From: a virus
Lineage: Duplodnaviria > Caudoviricetes
Direction: 5' to 3' (one strand)
DNA length: 40,794 nt
IMG/VR virus record: IMGVR_UViG_3300010234_000027
Span: 1 to 40,794 of that record
The notes beneath the pieces were generated by a model, which saw nothing but the letters and a program-made list of their open reading frames with translations, was not told the origin of the DNA and did no database searches. This document shows, piece by piece, positions 37,647 to 40,794 of this stretch (position 1 is its first letter; each line of letters opens with the position of its first letter). A program made the translations under genes and the position numbers.

Positions 37647-38234
37647 TCATTTATATCTCCAAATAAACCCACCAGCGCTTTTACCTTGACCACGGCAACA
37701 ACGGCAAATACTACCCACATTAATCGATGTTATTACTTCGGCTTTTTTCATAGTCGCAAATTCACGAATAAACTCCCCAGATTTATCAAATTGTAGAACT
37801 GGTCTACAAATTTTACTTGAACCATCTCTAACACTAGAGTAATAACTTTTTACATTTATACCCCATGTGACAAGTCTTATGTTTTCAAACTTATACCCAC
37901 ACCTATCATTAAGCCTATCTACACTGGGGGTTAACTCTTTCTTATAACCACTATCTACCCATGTATTGTAAATTGGTAGAAATTTCCCTTGGTTGATTAA
38001 CCAATTTTTTAATTCTACCTTTGAATATTCTGGATGATTGTGACATCTTTTTCTTGAAGAGCTTTTTTGACTTGAATACATCCTAGAAATAAGACCATCA
38101 ATAGACTTCCTGTGTTTAATGGATTCTTTTTTTAAACACTCCTTACATGAATACCTCATCCCATCTGGTGACCTTTTCATTTTCCAGAAACAATTTAAAT
38201 GTTTTTTTGTTAAGCATGTCTTACATTTTTTCAT
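37647..38234 (-). CDS. HNH-like endonuclease with N-terminal Zn finger and C-terminal NUMOD1 domain
   Basis: CKTC..CKEC; PSVDRLND..GY..ENIRLVTWGIN; PVLQFDKSGEFIREF...SAGGFIWRY. Confidence 0.8.
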   Translation of the reverse strand: MKKCKTCLTKKHLNCFWKMKRSPDGMRYSCKECLKKESIKHRKSIDGLISRMYSSQKSSSRKRCHNHPEYSKVELKNWLINQGKFLPIYNTWVDSGYKKELTPSVDRLNDRCGYKFENIRLVTWGINVKSYYSSVRDGSSKICRPVLQFDKSGEFIREFATMKKAEVITSINVGSICRCCRGQGKSAGGFIWRYK

Positions 38235-38239
38235 AATAA

Positions 38240-38330
38240 TTAAAGAGCTCAAGAGAGCAGGCTAGAATTGTAGTTAGAACCTGCTCGCTTAAGCCATTTA
38301 ATTTACAATCCTATTTAATCTAACTACTTC
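38240..38330 (-). ncRNA. Structured 5' leader with potential double pseudoknot
   Basis: GAGCAGG/CCTGCTC stem whose 18-nt loop is complementary to two upstream segments. Confidence 0.55.
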
Positions 38331-38368
38331 TTCATTATAACAAAAAAAGCATTTGACAATGCCTTTTG

Positions 38369-38593
38369 TTAGTCCTTCAATGATTCAAGTGCTGATACAA
38401 CATCTGGTTCGATACCTGCTTCCGTCCTTGCTTCTACTGACGTTTGAGCTTTTGTAAAATAATACGTTAGTACCATAAGAACACTTACTTTGAATGTTTC
38501 TTCTGTCACATGTCCTGTAAATAGTCCAACTACGATTGCTCCAGCGAACATAAGTAGAACTAACTTTGTTGCTGATTTTAAAATTGGGTTCAT
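38369..38593 (-). CDS. Putative holin
   Basis: Two TM segments and a charged tail; overlaps the amidase stop. Confidence 0.65.
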   Translation of the reverse strand: MNPILKSATKLVLLMFAGAIVVGLFTGHVTEETFKVSVLMVLTYYFTKAQTSVEARTEAGIEPDVVSALESLKD

Positions 38594-39147
38594 ATGTTTT
38601 TATATAATTTAATTAAATGATTAAGAGTTTCGTTCCAGTTAGCGTCTTTCAGAGCAAGAGGGCAAGGTTCAGCTTGAACATCCAACAAATCCCTTGCCCA
38701 TGACTCAGATAGTTTATTTCCATAACACGTCTTATTTGCCACGTTACGGTGAGGAATTATCTTCTTGAGTGGTATGTCGTATTTCGCCGAAAGACCCATT
38801 AGAAGACCTCTCAGTGCCGTTTCCTGAGCTTTTGTTGGTAGTGTTGCATCAAAGTTACCAGACAAACAGATTCCTATAGACTTTTTGTTATACCCACGAG
38901 CATGTGCCCCATGGTAGTGTTCAGGTCTCCCAGCCCAAACCTCACCATCTTTGTGGATAACGTAGTGATAACCTAAACCATCCCATCCCTTACCGAGATG
39001 CCATAGCTCCATTCCTCTTGCTGTGTGTTCTGATGTATCGGCCATAGGGTTACGGTCAGTACCTCCACTGTGATGAATAATTAGATACTCTGGTTTATTA
39101 GTAGGTTTCCTTCTCTTTAACTTTCTATATGTGTTTGTTTCTTGCAT
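38590..39147 (-). CDS. Endolysin, N-acetylmuramoyl-L-alanine amidase (Amidase_2, T7 lysozyme-like)
   Basis: IIHHS, GWDGLGYHYVI, GAHARGYN..SIGICLSGNF, PHR...KTCYG. Confidence 0.93.
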   Translation of the reverse strand: MQETNTYRKLKRRKPTNKPEYLIIHHSGGTDRNPMADTSEHTARGMELWHLGKGWDGLGYHYVIHKDGEVWAGRPEHYHGAHARGYNKKSIGICLSGNFDATLPTKAQETALRGLLMGLSAKYDIPLKKIIPHRNVANKTCYGNKLSESWARDLLDVQAEPCPLALKDANWNETLNHLIKLYKNI

Positions 39148-39173
39148 AACTTTATTCTACCATTAAAAAAATC

Positions 39174-39404
39174 TTATGAAAAGATTTTAAATAGTAACGC
39201 TATCATTGCTCCATATACTGGCGTTATAATAAACATCCCCACCCTTACCACCGTTGTAATAGCCCTGTTAAGAGAGTCTACCGTCAAGTCAAAAGTCTCG
39301 TGAGAAACATACTTCTCATCGAGCTTTGCTTTTATCTCAACAATATCAGCCTTTATGTAGGCAATATCTTGAGCTAGTATTTCGTTGGATTTAGGTGTAG
39401 ACAT
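39174..39404 (-). CDS. Coiled-coil plus C-terminal TM protein (lysis-module associated)
   Basis: DIAYIKADIVEIKAKL heptads followed by a hydrophobic C-terminus. Confidence 0.6.
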   Translation of the reverse strand: MSTPKSNEILAQDIAYIKADIVEIKAKLDEKYVSHETFDLTVDSLNRAITTVVRVGMFIITPVYGAMIALLFKIFS

Positions 39405-39408
39405 GATC

Positions 39409-39678
39409 TTATTTCTCCTCCTCTAATTCTTCTAGAGTTTTAACACCTAGTGCCTTAGCTTCTACAATCTCTGCATCTACTAATGCTTTCTTTGCTGTAA
39501 GGATAGCAATCATTTCATCAGCTGTTACCTTACTAGCTTGATTGTTTGCGATACCTTTTGCAAAGTTCTCACTTTCAGCTACAAGCTCGTCAAGTGTCGT
39601 TGGAACCTTTTCAGTCTTTTCGGGAACTGCTGGCGTTACTATTTCTCTCTCTATTGTTTTTTCATCTAATTTTTTCAT
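39409..39678 (-). CDS. Hypothetical coiled-coil protein
   Basis: 89 aa, in the operon after the fibre genes. Confidence 0.6.
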   Translation of the reverse strand: MKKLDEKTIEREIVTPAVPEKTEKVPTTLDELVAESENFAKGIANNQASKVTADEMIAILTAKKALVDAEIVEAKALGVKTLEELEEEK

Positions 39679-39686
39679 ATTTTTGT

Positions 39687-40349
39687 TTAAGTTAAGTTAA
39701 TACCCTCGATGGTAACAGCTCCGTAGTTAAATGATGCTGTCCCCACAATCGTTATTTGGTCTAGTTCTGTTGCTCCTCCATTACCCCAGTATGCAGCACA
39801 GTCTCTTATACTTACATCATAACCTCTTGACCCAGAACTTTTAATTCTCCACACATCATTTTCATCTCTTGACATTATTACCTCGCATACAAATCCATCG
39901 TTTGCTGGTATTTCACCAACACTCAAATCGATATATGCGGCATCTGCCAATGCTCCTGTTACTGTTGTACTTGCAACAGTAAGTGTTTGATTCCTGTATG
40001 AAGTAGAGCCAGAATCATTATTAAGTGTCATTCGTACCCAGTTATTTGAGTTATCTCTTACCCCTATCTTAATCTTTATCATATCGTACCCACTAGCAAT
40101 ACTTGTTGAGTCTATAAGTGTTGATGTCCCTGATACGATAGCACTGTCAATCAATGTCCAAGTGCCTCCTCCAGCTGCATCTTGCCATGTTGCCGCACTA
40201 GCACCAGTAGCAGTCAAGACTTGCCCTGTGGTTGGGGCTGTAGCACTTGACACGTTTACTGTCGTTGTTGCTGAGTACAGTGCATTTGTCCCTGTGGACG
40301 TTGTAGCTGTTCCTGTTATTGTGTTGTTTACTGAATTTTGTGTTGCCAT
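39687..40349 (-). CDS. Tail fibre-like protein
   Basis: PTTGQVLTATGASAATWQ shaft motif and a GGGTWTLI-initiated C-terminal beta domain. Confidence 0.65.
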   Translation of the reverse strand: MATQNSVNNTITGTATTSTGTNALYSATTTVNVSSATAPTTGQVLTATGASAATWQDAAGGGTWTLIDSAIVSGTSTLIDSTSIASGYDMIKIKIGVRDNSNNWVRMTLNNDSGSTSYRNQTLTVASTTVTGALADAAYIDLSVGEIPANDGFVCEVIMSRDENDVWRIKSSGSRGYDVSIRDCAAYWGNGGATELDQITIVGTASFNYGAVTIEGINLT

Positions 40350-40360
40350 GATATTTCTTA

Positions 40361-40794
40361 TTAAACGATAGTAATGTTTCCGATGCTACTAATCACATTC
40401 CACTCTGTGTCTGCGACAATACACACGAGCTCAACACCATCGTCTGTATCGGTTGATGCTAGAGATCCTCCTGTTCCTGTTGTTGTGTCTGTACCCGCAA
40501 AGTGGATAATTTCAGACGCATTTTGTGCTATTTTCCATCCCCCAGCACCCTTACCAGTTACTCGGACAATGTCGCCAACGGCTGCGGTTGTGGGCAGTGT
40601 GAGTGTTACGAGTGCAGCGTTGTTTGCAATATAAGCATTTGCAACAGACATTGTTGCTGATGTCCCTGTTTCTTCGTTCCATGTTATTCCACCGCCACTC
40701 GATGCGTCTACGTAGGCTTTGATTGATTGTTGTGTTGCCAGAGCTGTAGCAGAGTCTGATCCCATTGCGTCTTCGTCGAGGATGGTTGTTACTC
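40361..40794 (-). CDS. 5'-truncated CDS; probable C-terminus of the giant fibre gene
   Basis: Frame stays open to the window edge and begins with the same TTILDEDAMGSDSATALATQQSIKAYVDA module as the giant ORF. Confidence 0.75.
   Translation of the reverse strand, partial: VTTILDEDAMGSDSATALATQQSIKAYVDASSGGGITWNEETGTSATMSVANAYIANNAALVTLTLPTTAAVGDIVRVTGKGAGGWKIAQNASEIIHFAGTDTTTGTGGSLASTDTDDGVELVCIVADTEWNVISSIGNITIV

Noticed and set aside
40740-40794. Terminal direct repeat marking a physical genome end
   Set aside because: It matches an internal coding repeat (4731-4785), not position 1; the 55-bp exact match is consistent with an assembly-graph branch point.

Overview
Near-complete genome (~40.8 kb, AT-rich) of a tailed dsDNA bacteriophage, most likely podovirus-like: there is no tape-measure, sheath or integrase gene. 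The minus strand from ~23.3 kb down to 1 carries small and large terminase, portal, scaffold, major capsid, adaptor, nozzle-like and probable ejection proteins, a collagen-like fibre, and a giant (>2198 aa) modular fibre/adhesin. That giant ORF is missing from the ORF track because it runs off the left edge; its probable C-terminus reappears at the right edge (40361-40794), so the contig appears to be broken inside this repetitive gene. The replication module (23.9-29.1 kb) has an SSB-like gene, an iteron-rich origin, a split Prim-Pol plus D5/P4-type helicase, an SF2 helicase and a VRR-NUC nuclease. Small early genes follow on the plus strand. A minus-strand accessory region carries a T5 A1-like metallophosphoesterase, a DNA methyltransferase, an XRE regulator, a transglycosylase-like protein and an HNH/NUMOD1 endonuclease, followed by lysis genes. 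Starts without Shine-Dalgarno sequences, leaderless TGnTATAAT promoters and DnaA-like boxes suggest a Patescibacteria (CPR)-type host; this is inference only. The best candidates for undescribed biology are: in-frame identical repeats that could change fibre length, a co-varying RNA stem present in two copies, a double-pseudoknot leader in front of the endonuclease, and two repeat-delimited gene-cassette arrangements. All annotations are by eye; no database searches were run.
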